From: Ginglymostoma cirratum
Lineage: Eukaryota
Assembly (NCBI GenBank): GCA_024137785.1
Contig: JAHRHZ010000063.1
Coordinates: 53,896,514 to 53,960,513, forward strand
Length of the DNA stretch: 64,000 nt
Direction: 5' to 3'
Shown here: positions 25,963 to 39,550 of the stretch, in pieces
How the letters are laid out: each line of letters opens with the position of its first letter
Numbering within the stretch: the first letter of the stretch is position 1
Translations under genes and position numbers: made by a program
The notes under the pieces: model-generated
What the model saw: only the letters and a program-made list of their open reading frames with translations
Told to the model about the DNA's origin: nothing
Databases searched by the model: none

Positions 25963-26740
25963 ACAGAAACAGACACTTCAGTCTAATTCATCCATGCCAA
26001 CCAAGTTTCCCAAACTAAACTAGTCCCATTTGCCTGCATTTGGCCCATATCGCTCTAAACTTAATTTGTGTACCTATTCAAATGTCTTTTAAACATTGTA
26101 ACTGTACCCACATCTACTGCTTCCTCAGGCAGTTCGTTCCACATTCAAACCACCCTCTGTGTAAAAAAAAAAAACTAGCCCCTTATGTCCCTTTCAGACT
26201 TTTGTCCTCTCACTTTAAAAATATGCCCTCTAGTTTTGAACTCCCCTACCCGAGGGAAAAGACCTTTGCTATTCACCTTATCTATGCAGAACATGATGTT
26301 ATAAACCCCTTTAAGGTCACCTTTCAATCTCCTATGCTCCAGTGAGTCTATTCAGACTCTCTTTATAACTCAAATCCTCCAGCCTTGGCAACATCCTGGT
26401 AAATCTTTTCTGAACCTTATCCAATTTAATAACATCCTTCCTGTAACAGGGCAACCGGAACTGTACACAGTACTCCAAAAGTGGCCTCAACAACGTCCTG
26501 TACAACCAGAGCATGACATCCTAACTCCTATACTCAAAGGGCTGAGCAATGAAGGCAAGCGTGCTAAATGCCTTCTCAACCACTCTGTCTACGTGCGATG
26601 TAACTTTTGAATAACTATGTACCGGAATCCTTGTGTCTCTCTGTTCCACAAAACTACCCAGGGCCCTACCTTAACTGTATAAGTCCCGCCCTTGTTTGTC
26701 CTACCAAAATGCAACACCTCACATTTATCGTTTGACTCCG
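25963..26740 (-). mobile_element. CR1 LINE 3' fragment
   Basis: KCEVLHFGRTN and LYRTLLRPLLEYCVQF...KVQKRFTRMLP, followed by a CR1 3' UTR. Confidence 0.88.
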
Positions 26741-27640
26741 AGAGATCCATTGCATCCACAGAAGACCTCTGCACTTCAAAATAGTTTATCCTGAAAAAAT
26801 GAGCCTGAGCCCAAAGAGATACTAAGCAGCTACTTCTGTGAGTAGCATTAAAAAATAAAGAACATAAGAAATAATTATTTACATTGTGAAATAATCCATA
26901 ACATTTATGTAATATGAATGAGCGTTTGAACTAACGTTTGGTTGAAATTGTCCTCATCCCTTGGCAGATGGAGTAATGATTTGCTGTTGGGTCTCTGGGT
27001 CATTGAATCATGAAAGGTGTACTCATCCTAGCAGATACAAAGTCCACTCACAGAAGTGACTGCCATGCTCTGAGAATCCTTGACAACAAAAGCTGAATTT
27101 CTGCCAGAATGACAAGAAAGAATGTATGCAATGAGAATTTACTGGAGTTATATCAGGATTGCCATGTCATAGTCCTGTAGAAATACTTGAAAAATTAAAG
27201 TTTTTCATAAGAACATGGACGGTCAAAGGACAATTTGGAAGAAATAGTCAAAACTTTAAAGGTAAGTAATGAAATATCATTGTCATCAGTTAGCGTATTA
27301 ATAAAAGACTAGATAATGGTTAGATTACTCATTAAACTGGAGGTAGATGAAGGGTTTAGGGGAAAGCTAATTTGCCTTTTCTCTTTCCCACATTCCTCCT
27401 TCAGATTCTACTGAATAATAATAGCTGCTGCATTTATCATCTAATCATCAAAATGGAACAGTTGCTGGATGGGGAAATTGAATGCCAGCTGTAGGTTGAT
27501 GACTGGGTCTTTTTATATTATTTCTAATTTAAAAATAGATGCATCAGTCCGATGAGAATGTTTGTTCATCATAATGCCCAGAAGGCATCTCTAATTAAAT
27601 AGCAGGGTGAGATCTAAGCAGACCAGACCCCTCTGATAAT

Positions 27641-28192
27641 ATAACAAGCATGGGGCTGGATGAACACAGCAGGTCAAGCAGCATCANNNNNNNNNNNNNN
27701 NNNNNNNNNNNNNNNNNNNNNNNNNNNNNNNNNNNNNNNNNNNNNNNNNNNNNNNNNNNNNNNNNNNNNNNNNNNNNNNNNNNNNNNNNNNNNNNNNNNN
27801 NNNNNNNNNNNNNNNNNNNNNNNNNNNNNNNNNNNNNNNNNNNNNNNNNNNNNNNNNNNNNNNNNNNNNNNNNNNNNNNNNNNNNNNNNNNNNNNNNNNN
27901 NNNNNNNNNNNNNNNNNNNNNNNNNNNNNNNNNNNNNNNNNNNNNNNNNNNNNNNNNNNNNNNNNNNNNNNNNNNNNNNNNNNNNNNNNNNNNNNNNNNN
28001 NNNNNNNNNNNNNNNNNNNNNNNNNNNNNNNNNNNNNNNNNNNNNNNNNNNNNNNNNNNNNNNNNNNNNNNNNNNNNNNNNNNNNNGTCAAGTTTTCCTG
28101 CTCCTGTGATGCTGCTTGACCTGCTGTGTTCATCCAGCCCCATGCTTGTTATCTCGGATTCTCCAGCATCTGCAGTACCTTTTATCTCTGAT
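27641..28192. mobile_element. Penelope family A insertion with inverted ends spanning an assembly gap
   Basis: Left arm 27641-27686 is an exact inverted copy of about 28107-28152. 17-bp direct repeat acccctctgataatata at 27627-27643 and 28202-28218. Confidence 0.85.
27687..28086. other. Assembly gap (400 N)
   Basis: Run of N characters. Confidence 1.
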
Positions 28193-28417
28193 ACAATTTT
28201 TACCCCTCTGATAATATACTCTCCTTCACTGTTTTGCGTCAAGTCACAAAATGTTACAATTCTCAACCCCTAAGCTTTGTTGCTTACTAAAGTCTTATTC
28301 CAACAGAACCCCATTTGTTATAAAAGAGAGTACTCGCTGCAGAGAACTATAAATCTGGGGACTTCATTTATTATTCTGAAAGCTATTCATTTTAACTGCT
28401 ATAGGTGGTGTGTCCCA

Positions 28418-28790
28418 TTTTTATTCATTCATGGGATGTGGGCGTTGTTGTCTCGGCAGCATTTATTGTCCACCCTGGAGAAGGCGGTGGTAAGCTGGTC
28501 TTTTGAACTGCTGTAGTCCTTGAGGTGCACGGACACCCACAGCACCATTAGGAAGGGAGTTTCAGGATTGGACCCAGCGATGGTGAAGGAATGACGATAT
28601 AGGTTTGAGTCAGGATCATATAAAGTTCCTCTCCAAACGAATCGGTTGTGACGTTCCCTGTGCACCTGCTGTCCTTGCCCTTCTGGGATGTGGAGGTCAC
28701 AAGTTTGGAAGGTGCTGTTGGAGAATCATTGGTGAATTACTGCAGTGCATCTTGTTGGTGGTATACACTGCTGCCACTGTGTGTCAGTGA
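28418..28790 (-). mobile_element. CR1-group LINE family B 3' fragment
   Basis: ttttattcattcatgggatgtgggc...gcatttattg is the reverse complement of the family B tail. Homologous to 48820-49200. Confidence 0.75.
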
Positions 28791-31172
28791 TGAAATATTA
28801 CCCTGTGGTCATCTATTAATAAATGATTGCCTTCATGCTGCTATCAAGGAGCATTGTCAAATATATTTTCAGTTTCAAGACAAATTTTGCCATTGCAGTT
28901 GGATTCTATTCGGCATGTCTTTTTGTTTTATTCATCCGTGGAATATGAATGCCGCTGGCAAGGTTAGCATTTACTGCCCAACTGTAAGTCAAGGCAATCT
29001 TATTTGGTTCTAAGGCTTGCATTTGTTTCTCAGAATGTGTTTTGGATCTGACTGAATGCCAGTAATTCCGACTTTCACCTACGTGAGGTTCCTGCTGAAT
29101 TAAGGAGAGTGCGACGAGCAGCCAGCATAGTAAATATTAATGTCTAGCAGTTTGAGCAAACCTGTCTGACATAAATCTGTTGCCCAAAGGAATAATGTGA
29201 TACTTTAAATGCTGCACAATCTCAGGTTGTTAAGACAGAAAACTAGAGGAATCTCATGTCAGATTCCAGGCCCGTGTGATATCAGTTCATTTTGCTATTC
29301 CGAACATATGTCTCCTTACGCAGCTTTATCAACTGCATTTGCTGGTTCAGTTCTCTCTATCTCTCTCCCTCAGAATATTTCAATTTGGTATCAGAAGATA
29401 TATCACTGGGAGTTGGGTTTTGCTGTAACCTTTGCCTCACTTTCCGGAACATTCTACGAGAGCCACCCTCTCTGATTTAATGGAAAGTTGGCAGAGATGA
29501 CCTGAGCAATCAATCTAAAATACCTTGTTTCTGATCGGTTCTTCCAGCTTTTTTCAATATCTTGGCATGGATGGGCAAGATCTACAAGGTCAAAAGTTTC
29601 TAGAAAGGATGGACATAGAAAGTAAATAATGAACGAAGAATAAGTCTTACATAAGGATATTTCTCAAAAAAAAAGGAAATTTGAAAAGACCAATTTATCC
29701 GATCCAGTATTTTATGACAATGCAGAGGTCGACGTAACAAACTTCTTTAGGATCCTAATTGTCTTGCTTTTTGATTGGTGACCTGGTTTTAGAATATATT
29801 TGAGGCTGCTAAGTCTGGATTTTGGAAGAAATTCAAGTATTAACCAGAAAGTAATAAAAATTCACAAAAACCTCATTGTAGAATTTTCAGCAGGTTTCAC
29901 TTCTGCTTGCAACACAACATTACTGGCCACCAATATACAGGCACAACCGGAGGAGTCAAAATGGGAACAAAAAATCACTTTAAATTAGCCTTTTTATAAA
30001 CTCGAAATTCAAATCAAATCCCTTGGAGGCTTTTAGGACTCAGAATATTAAGTTGTTCATCAGGGAACAAGATTCATCTTGTTCTTTGGAAACTGGAGAT
30101 TGAAGTATTGGTCTTTCAATGAAAAATTCCAAAGGGTCGGATTTCAAAAGTTCTGCATTTTTATCATTGAGTCATCTCTTGTACAGCTGTACGGTTTCTC
30201 ATATAACATCTTTTACATTTTAATTGCTTTGGGCTTCTACCTACAACTTTAATTTATAGCTGGGCTACTTTAGTCTTTTTTTATTTATTCATGAAATGTG
30301 AGCATCGCTGACTAATGCCGGACATTTGCATTCTGCTGCACTGAAAGTTTTGATGTCTGCAAGACTCTCAGCCACCATGTTGCTACTGCATATTCCTCAG
30401 CTGTTTGTTTAACAAAATCCACAATGTGCACTTATGTACCATCTTTCCAAATAAGTAGGTCCCATAATACGGTAAGAAATAGAAACAGAGGTAGGCCATT
30501 TGGCTCCTCAAACCTGTTCCACCAATGAATAAGATTGTGGCTTGTTTCTCACATCCACTGTCTTGTGTTTCTCCCATCACACTTGGTTCCCAAAGCTCAT
30601 CATTGAAGTAGAAAGAAAACAAATGCCAACATTGTAGAAGTGAAATGCAACTTGGTTAAAGGGAGTAATTTTAAGCAGGGAGAACAAGGTGAAAAAGAAA
30701 CGATGACTTGCATTTACATTGTATTCTTCACAGTCCCAAAGGGCTGCACAACCAATGAAATATGTTTTGAAATGTGGTTACGTTTGCGACGGAGAAAGAG
30801 AAGAATCTCCAGTTAGTGCAAACCTAAGCAGTTGAAGGCTTGGGTGCTAGTGGCACAATGAAGAGAGAGGAGGAGTTTGCATGGCTTGAGAAGAAGATTC
30901 TAGCAATTATTGAGAAGGGCCACAGGGGGTTTTAAAGACAGCAAAGAAAATTAATGTAAAGTGAACGTAAGTTTGGATTCTTTATCGAGCTAAAAAATAT
31001 AAGATTTGATGGGATTTTGTAATACTTACAATATTTAATAGTTTTCATGGTCTCTCTGCAATATTTCCTGTTTGTTGAAACAGTGAGCGACACGCTTTGA
31101 AGCCTGTGCCACTTTTGATGTGCATGAGTGAGCACTCCAGTGTTGTGTGAGAGCCAGCATCAGATATTTTAC

Positions 31173-31348
31173 AAACAGAAACAGAAATTACTGGAAAAGC
31201 TCAGCACGTCTGGCAGCATCTGCGGAGAGAAGTCAGAGTTGACGTTTCACTGTGACCCTGGACACTGGACCCGAAACGTCAACTCTGACTTCTCTCCACA
31301 GATGCTGCCAGACGTGCTGAGCTTTTCCAGCAATTTCTGTTTTTGTTT
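31173..31348. mobile_element. Penelope-like pLTR foldback (family B)
   Basis: 76-bp arms (31173-31248 and 31273-31348) with 3 mismatches around a 24-nt loop holding a hammerhead stem II remnant (ggacccgaaacgtcaact). Confidence 0.85.
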
Positions 31349-31404
31349 TTGATTTTCTTTTGGTTTTTATCAGACCTTCTAAGTGTCCAGGCCCTGTAGT
31401 CTGT

Positions 31405-31543
31405 AGTCTGGCATATAAACTGACGTTTTCCCAACCACCATCAGTTCTGAGGAAGGCTCACCGGACCCGAAACGTTAACTCTGTTTTCTCCCCCACAGAT
31501 GCTGCCAGACCTGCTGAGCTTTTCCAGCAACTTTGTTTTTGTT
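31405..31543 (+). mobile_element. Penelope-like pLTR (family B) with type I hammerhead motif
   Basis: AGTT CTGAGGA A GGCTC accg GACCC GAAA CG TT AACT at 31443-31480. Stem I is intact and stem II has one mismatch. Flanks cctgtagtctgt (31393-31404) and cctgtggtctgt (31544-31555). Confidence 0.8.
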
Positions 31544-32339
31544 CCTGTGGTCTGTGCAATGGTAGCCAGCTTCTAGCTTGATGAGAGGAGTTTTGCAGAG
31601 TCAACAAAATATGGGGCTGGATATTACGTACCTCTGCAAAAGTGTGTTTCCATTTGGTGAACACACCATGTAATGTAGGCAAGGTGGCTAGCTCACCATC
31701 TTCCCAACAGCCTCAAGTTCAACCCCTTAATATAAAGGGTGAGTGGGTGCCCACACACCATATGTCTATAACTGGTTCAGGACCCAAGACCTTGTTAAAA
31801 ACTCAATTGACCCTAAAAAGACACTGCCCATTGCCAAATTGCAGTTGGCATTGGCAACTGAGTCAGAGTGAGCTGGTTGTTTTCTTGAAGAAGTTCATAA
31901 AATAGCATGAATAAAGGGGGTCAGGAGCACACAACCTGAAGCTAGCATTCCCCCCTCTGAATTTCTTCCTATCCCCTGACCTCCCCCGAACTTTGCAAAT
32001 TCCCCCAACCCAAAGCCCAGACTGATCTCACTCTTTGCTGCACTACTGGCAGTGCCCATTACTGAGCCCATGGCAGCTCCTTAATGTGGCACTTTCTCCC
32101 AGTGAGGGGTGCAAGTCCCACAATGGGATAGTTTTGCCCACCCTTAGCGTATTGTGGCTGTGTTACAATGTGCGTTGAAAAAACTCAATGTGCTTAGCAA
32201 ATTATATCAGTTATTTTTTTGTTGTAGCAGGCTTGCTGGTTGTCAGAGGGTTGACCTTTCCCCGCTAGTTGCCTAGAATGAGCTAAGATAACACCTGGCT
32301 TATAAGGGAAGTAATATTGTTCCAACAGTACTGCATGGG

Positions 32340-32676
32340 TAGGATGAGTCGCCAAGATCTTTTTTCCAGGGTAGGAGAGCCCAAAACTAGAGGGTGCAAG
32401 TTTCAGATAGAGGGGAAAGATTTAAAAGGGACCAAAGGGGCAACTTTTTCACGCAGAGGGTGGTGCATATGTGGAATGAGCTGCCAGAGGAAGTGATGGA
32501 GGCTGGTACAATTAGAACATTTAAAAGGCATCTGGATGGGTACATGAATAGGAAGGATTTAGAGGGATAAGGACCAAATGCTGGCAAATGAGACCAGTTC
32601 AGTTTAGGATCTCTGGTCGGCATGGACAAGTTGGATCAAAGAGTCTGTTTCCATGCTGTAATACCCTATGACTCTA
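32340..32676 (+). mobile_element. CR1 LINE 3' end
   Basis: FFTQRVVHMWNELPEEV motif and 3' UTR ending ctgtttccatgctgtaataccctatgactcta. Confidence 0.88.
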
Positions 32677-33933
32677 CGCTAATGGGCTAAAGGACTCCTA
32701 CAGTGCAACAGTGTACCTCATTTGCAACAATGTCCAGTGAACGACTACATGCAGCTCAATACTGATACGGACCTAATATTGAATTTGGTTGTTTGTCTTG
32801 TGTTTGTCACTGCAGTCAGTCACGTAGGAAACTATCTGTTATGTCTCTGGATTTACAATTTATCTGAGAACTCATTAACATAAGCAAGGTTGTTGCCGTG
32901 GTAGTGTGTTACCCTCAAGTAACATCTACCTGTGTTTTTATCTGTCATGCTGATTTTTTTTTGGAGTGTTACAATATAAAGCGTTGAGTTGCAGCTAAGT
33001 TTTCCAGCAGAGATTGGAATGTTTTTACCTTTATTCCACACTAATTGGCTCAAAATATTTTTTAGTCACATAATTGCACCCTCACCCCAATGCTGCTCAT
33101 TCAAGGTGTCGTTAACTTTTCAAATATTAGCATATTGTTCAGTTGATTTTGATTCTTGTGGAAAAAATATTTCACAACAACTCCAGAAAATTACTTACTA
33201 TAGCTGTATTTCCTAACGTGAAGATTTTGTACGCGTTAAGAGATTGAGGTAACACTGGGAAAATTTGGGTTTTCCCTTTTCTAGAAAAGTGATGACCTTG
33301 TAAAGCAGGCATCTCCACCTGTATTTAGCTGGGGCCACCTATCTTATTCTTTAACATTATTGTGGTGTCAGATTAACTCTACCACTCGTGTGGGCTATTA
33401 CTGCAAAAGATAATGGCGAGGTGTTTCGATGAAGCCATAAACTTATGTAACGAAGGCACAAATTATGTTATTCCCTTCCTCACACCTTTGCATGGAGATA
33501 AACTAACTCCTTAATGTCTGAAAAAAGCCAACACTTGGGTCACAAACTAATTGGAGCTACATCAACAAAAATGTTCTCATTTAATTTTGCTGAATAAAAT
33601 CAAGTCAGTGATTTTCAGCCCATTAGAGCTTCCTTTTGTGTCAGCAGGCACCACCTGTATGTCCAGCTTCATGCAAAACAATGTTTGACACTGTTCAAAG
33701 AAGAACTGAGTGTTTGATGTCAGTTCCTAAATTAACAGCAGCAAACCAGATTAATTGCTCACTTCTTCACTATTTGTGGGAGGTCATTGTGCACTACGTG
33801 ACTGCCTTTTGTCAATGCAACAACATGGGTAGAGGTAATGGCCTAGTGCTATCATTGTCGGACTGTTGATCTAAAGACCCAGCTCAAGTTCTGGGGACCC
33901 AGGTTAAATCCTGCTTCGGCGGATAGTGGTTTG

Positions 33934-35207
33934 GGAGCAGTGCATTGCCAAAGTGAAGAAGAAACTGGTATGTTGGAAGCACCACTCCCTCTCCATTGAA
34001 AGTAAAAACCTGGTCACCAGGTGTGAGGCACTCTCTCTGTTGTTGTTCGTGGCACAGTTTTGGCCCATCCCCCAAAACAGCGGTGTGTCAGTCAGCCGAG
34101 CCATTTTCCATTTCATCTGGAAGCCTAAGATAGACCATGTACAAAACTCTGGATATAGTGGGGGAAGGGGGGAACGTACCCAATATCGCCCTCATCCTGA
34201 ATGCTACCTTTGTGTGCAACTGTATCAAGCTGTGGGAAGACAATTGCTACGCAAACACCAAGTGTCACTACGCACTGAGGTTCTACCTGTCCCCGGTGTT
34301 GTGAAGGATGGGACTGGCCTCACTGCCACAGAATGCTCCAAGTAGTTGGACCATTCTGTATCACCTGTCTTTTGTAGGGAAAGTTGCAAAGAAAATCACC
34401 TTTGACCACCAGTCCAGCAGGAAGTGGTCAGCACACAGACCCTGAGGGAAAAGGAGAAGGTGGATCCTGTTGCGTGGTGCCCTAAACAGGCTGTCAAAGT
34501 CATTTGGCAGAATGCCTCATCACCAGAACTTTCCAACAAGCACCAAGACATCACTTGGCTGGTGGTGAGAAGGGCACTACCTGTGAGATCCTTTTGTACG
34601 CCCCATCAGTCTGCACCATTGCACACTGCCCTCAAAGAGGCGGTGGGGCGGTTGAGACTTTCACACATCTCCTTCTGGGGATGTGCCTTTGCAAAGGAAG
34701 TCTGGAGGAAGATGCAGTGGTTTCTGTCGAGGTTTGTCCTGAGCAGCTCGTGGCATGGGACTCTGTGCCCTATGGTCTGTTCCCCAGGACATGCACAGAG
34801 ACAAACATCAACTGCGCCTGGAGGACTATCAACTCGGTGAAAGATGCTCTTTGGTCTGCTTGAACCCTGTTGGTCTTCCAGAACAAGGAGTTGACCCCGA
34901 CTGAGTGTTGCAGACTGGCACGTTCCAAGGGCCACGACTACATGCTGAGGGACGCACTACAGGTTGGGGCAGCTGCTGCCAAGGCGCAGTGGGGGAAGAC
35001 AACCATCTTAGGTCTTTCTGCTGAAAGTAAATGGGGATCCATTCAGCTATCGGACCCTCCCAGTGTCTGAAATGGATGTAAATGTTAGTATTGTGTATAT
35101 ATAAGAGAGTTGGAAAGAGTCAAAGTCCAATGTTTTTGTTTTGTTTATTTGATATGTAACTGTAGAGACCTTAGGAATGAAGTATATTTTTGAAATATAA
35201 AAAAAAA
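33934..35207 (+). mobile_element. Tx1-clade (L1 group) LINE, 5'-truncated
   Basis: WEQCIAKVKKKLVCWKHHSLSIESKNLV...AIFHFIW and NKHQDITWLVVRRALPVRSF...ETFTHLL...CAFAKEVW (zf-RVT). Poly(A) end and a degenerate TSD of about 22 bp. Confidence 0.88.
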
Positions 35208-35219
35208 TGCGATGGCAGA

Positions 35220-35295
35220 AGGATCTAGGTCCGAAACATCAGCCTTCCTCTGCTGCTGCTTGGCCTGCTGTGTTCATCCAGCTCTACACCTTGTT
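35220..35295 (+). mobile_element. Short Penelope pLTR copy (family A)
   Basis: aggatctaggtccgaaacatcagcc...ctctacaccttgtt with 8-bp TSD atggcaga (35212-35219, 35296-35303). Confidence 0.8.
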
Positions 35296-36632
35296 ATGGC
35301 AGATAGTAGTTTGACTTCAACAAAAAAGAATCTGGAATGAAACGTTTAATGATGACCGTGAATTGATTGTCGGAAAAACCTATCTTTAGGGAAAAGAATT
35401 GCCATCATACACGTGTCTGCTAACCCACATCTTTGGGCTTTGCCCTCTGGGCTAATAAGTGCTGCCTAGCCAGTGACTCCCTCATCCCATGAATGCACGA
35501 AGAAAGAAAAAGAACAGTAAAAAAGTTTCAAAAGCAACTCACTCCTTGCACTGTCCTCAAATTGTGAAAGGCATGAGATAAATACATTTCATTTTGTCAT
35601 TTTAGCCAAGGCCCAATCTGTATGTTATAGGTCACATGGTACAATTTTGTGTCTCGACCAATAATGTATCCCAAGTCCAGACCATTGAGATTGATTAGCT
35701 GTTCATTAGTTCTTATTAACGGATGGCAGAATCCTGCTGCATGTAAAAAAAAGCTGCCATATTGACCTCCCAAACCAAATTTTCAAAAACTATTCTTTGG
35801 CTGCACCATTTTTTGTTCAATAATTCTGAGAACATGCAAATTTGTTATATGAATGTAAATTCTTTCTTTGCTATAGTTTCATTCAACTTGGGTCAAAAGC
35901 AATTTCTTATTTTGAACGAAGTGTGCTTTTGGCCAGTCTGGTATGTTGTTCAGACCGTTTTACTCTTGTTATGTCTTCAAATGATTATATGAATCAATAA
36001 CAAGAGTCAAGTGATGTATTGTGTTCCATTAGGTGTAGGAGCTCCTGAAAGGTGAAGTGGTTCATCGAATCCAATATGTCAAGGTTGTGTTAAGATATTC
36101 AAAGCAGGTTGTGTTTCTTGAACAGTACACTTCAAGGACTCTGTTGGAACTCCCTTATCGATGATCCCAGCCCTTTAAATAAATAATAGTGCTCACACAA
36201 GGGGAGCATTGGTTGTCTGGTGAATTACTAGGGCAGAGGTGAGGGGTTATGCATTCAATCTCGAACAGTCTGCTTGCTCTGATGCAGAGAAATAAAGACT
36301 GTTTGTTCAAATCATCATATCCCCATAACCCAACTGAATAATGCATAGTCTGCAAAGTGGTGCATCTCCCCGAATGTGCTGGAAGGCTGTTGCTGTTCCT
36401 GGAAATGCTAAGATGAAAAGGTGAAGCACTTAAATTGAAGGAATTAGATTATGAACATTTTACTGTGAAGATACAATTGTATTATCATTGACATTTGTAC
36501 AATATTTTAAATGAGGTTTGATGTGACAATCGACCACTTTCAAAGAGTTGAGTAAGATTTTTATGAAGACATCAGATAAGTCCAACAGCTGAATGTATTT
36601 ACCAAATATGGTCGGCAGGGGTACTGTCTGGA

Positions 36633-36742
36633 AGATCTTGTGGTACAGTGGTAACGTCCCTGCCTCTGGGTTGAAAGCACAGGGTTCAATTTGAAGAGCC
36701 ATGGAAATTGTGTCAGATCTCAGCCAAATTGGTTGATAATCA
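36633..36742 (+). mobile_element. Short tRNA-headed SINE
   Basis: tcttgtggtacagtggtaacgtccctgcctctggg...gggttcaa. Same head as 41765-41865. Confidence 0.55.
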
Positions 36743-39550
36743 GTTAAATTTTTCTGATGCGCCTGTGCCAAGCGTCGAGTGAGAGTGTTTCGTGGTCAGA
36801 CCGAGCTTGGTGCTAGTTGCAGTGCAGCAGCCTCCCTATGTTAAAAGGCCCAAAGCGCAGTTTCTTACCATCAGCAAATGTCATCCCCCTCCTGAGGGTA
36901 TGCCACATCTATGTGGTATTGTTAATTTATGGATTCAGTGGATCCAATTTGGGGGTGGCTATGTATTGCTATTTATGTCGTCAAGTCCTGAATACTCTAA
37001 CAGACATCTTGGCCTACAGATACCTGAGATCAGAAGGTGGTGGTTTGGGCGGTTGGCGGTAAATATTTATACCCTAGGCCACCTTTCTAACAACACAAGC
37101 ACAGCTCATGTTTTCATTACTCTTCAAACCCTCTTGAAAATCACGCGTCTCTTCAATTGTTTCACTGACTCCACAGTTTTGCTAAATATCATGAAGTGTG
37201 GCTGGCAAAGTGTATCCTAATACGATATCTGTAAGATCAGGTCAGTAGTTGCATTTAGCTGGCAGTCGTCATTGGGGAGACAGGACAGGTAGCTCATTGG
37301 AGACTTGGCTAAATAACTAAGCACACATCTGATCACTGGACGCAGCCTTAGCAGCACTTCTTGTGTAAGCAGAAGTTGAACTTTGACACGGATTTTCACT
37401 CTTGAGTGAGGAACACAGCATCCAGTAAACTCCTGGCCCTTCTAATCTTGCTCCTGAGAAACTATCTGGATGGTCTGAATTTGATTCCAGGAGGGTGTGG
37501 GTTACTGGGAATCTGGGCTGCCAACTCTGGAAACAGTGCGGAAGGCAGACACAGGGGGCTGCCACTGGTGGAGGTGGGCAGTGTCAAAGGTCAATCCAAA
37601 TGCTCTGGGGTGGAAAGAAAAGGCTAAATCAAAAAAACTCCACACTTCATCCCTCAGACCCCTTCAACTCCCTCACTTCCCTGTGCACACTGCCCACACA
37701 GTACACTTGCCATGCTATGGAACCGACCCTCCGATCCCATGCCAACCAATGCCCCTCTACTGAACTCTCATTGCTCCTCATAATCACAGTGCCAACTAAT
37801 GTTTTTCTACCCACCCCAGACCCTCATAACCCCTATGCCAAGTTAGTGCCAACTTATTGTCCCTCACCCACCATTGACTGCCCTCACATCCTGCATTCCA
37901 ACTCCTTCATGGGTAGATCTCAGGAGCCATGCTGACCTGAAATGAAATAAAGTTCTTAGTGTCCATTGCAAACTTTATTTTTTGAAAACAAACAGCCATA
38001 AAGACACATTCAATGCTGAACATTTCTTCAACTATTTTTAAGCTTTTACAAAATCAAACATTTTATTGAACTCCACTATTCCTTAGGAAGATACCCCTTG
38101 TATTCATACCACCCATTGTTAACCTTTATCACTTGTTGAAGCTGTCAATCAAACTGTTCACTGACAGACTCCCAACTGCATAAATCATAGATTCGATCAC
38201 GCAGAACTAATCATTCAATGATAACTCTCAGGCTTATGATAACAGACAATGCAATTGCAAGCACTTTTTTTTATTAACTATAGACTTTTCTTTTAGATTT
38301 AAAAGGCAGGAGACGTAATGCTTCAACATCTTGATAGTTCTATATAGCTTATTCACTTTTTTTTAAAAAAATGTAGATTCATGTCTAGTCTTACCAGCTC
38401 TGAAGGGCTCTATCAGTCTAAAGGGGCAACATTATTCTGCAAAAAGGGGGCTTACACTTATCTTAAGGGTACCCTACTTCTCCAAAAATCTCCTGCAGTT
38501 TTATGTTTAGTCAAATGTCTGAAGCCACCCCCATCATGCTTTGGACCCTGTACTGAAAATTGGCTTGGTTTGAAGGCAACTGTACTCTTGCGTGCACAAC
38601 TGCCTCTGTCAATCACAAATGTGCAACCTACGATGCACCCTCATTCTCCCCCATTCCCCCGAGCAGAAACCATGGGTACTGGGTTTGTGGGTGGGATTTT
38701 TTTTGGAATTGCGGCCCTGGTGCTGTTTTGACTGAGCTGGAGGTCTTTGCCGAGCTTGAGGAAAGTCCATTATATGCGTTCTGAAAGCTTCCCTGTACTT
38801 GACAAATCTGGCAATGAGTCAGCAAATTACCATAGTTCATCAGTGAATATGTTGTTGTGTTAGAACCACAGTGTTGTCCAGTACGGTGTAGAATATATTC
38901 TACTGCTAGGGGACACTATTTCAGGCCAGACTATCCAATTTCCATGAATGAGGATATCCTGAGGTCAGTTAAGGGGCTGTTGTTTATCCTTCATTTGACA
39001 GGCTGCTGCAAATCTTTGTCAGAACAATCATTAAGAATTGACTAATATTTTTCCCCCTGTTATTAAAGTGCTGTGTTTGAATTCCGGTGTCTGAATTCCA
39101 GTGTTTGAATAATGCCAGGCCCAAACTTTTGATATGCGGATTTGGCAATGTAACTTTGTATGTAGTTGTTACCCTCTCACGATGATCTATAGGCTGAACC
39201 ATACTGAGAGCTATTCAGGCAGAATGTATATTTCAATCAACTGGGGATTCTTTACTTTTCACCCCACACTTACCCTTAGTGTGTTCTCTTGTGATATGCT
39301 ACAGATTTTTGATTCTCAATGGAAGGGAATGAAAGGCCATTCTGAGTTTGCTGTTGATTGGTGAAATGCGTGAATGGAATGAAGTCTTTCTGAAATGCGT
39401 ATGCTTCATCCTGCCTGTCAGGACCGGAACAGCGTGCAGAATTCCTAGCTTCCGAAAGACAGAGTTTTAGAAACCTGTGTAGCTTTAATGATACAGAGCT
39501 GACCGGCAATGCAGAACGCTTTCTACACCACCACCCCCGACATGAAGGAA

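Larger units (their letters stand above)
33825..35510 (+). mobile_element. tRNA-headed SINE split by Tx1 and Penelope insertions (head 33825-33933, body 35304-35510)
   Basis: Head ggtaatggcctagtg...ggggacccaggttaaatcc, and body/tail ...gccagtgactccctcatcccatgaatg. Both match the uninterrupted minus-strand copy at 43052-43399. Confidence 0.7.

Noticed and set aside
27595-28273. Long ORFs on both strands
   Set aside because: Artefacts of translating through the N gap.
36792-37220. 142-aa ORF as a nested gene
   Set aside because: No recognisable domain, non-ATG start, and a length within chance for 64 kb.
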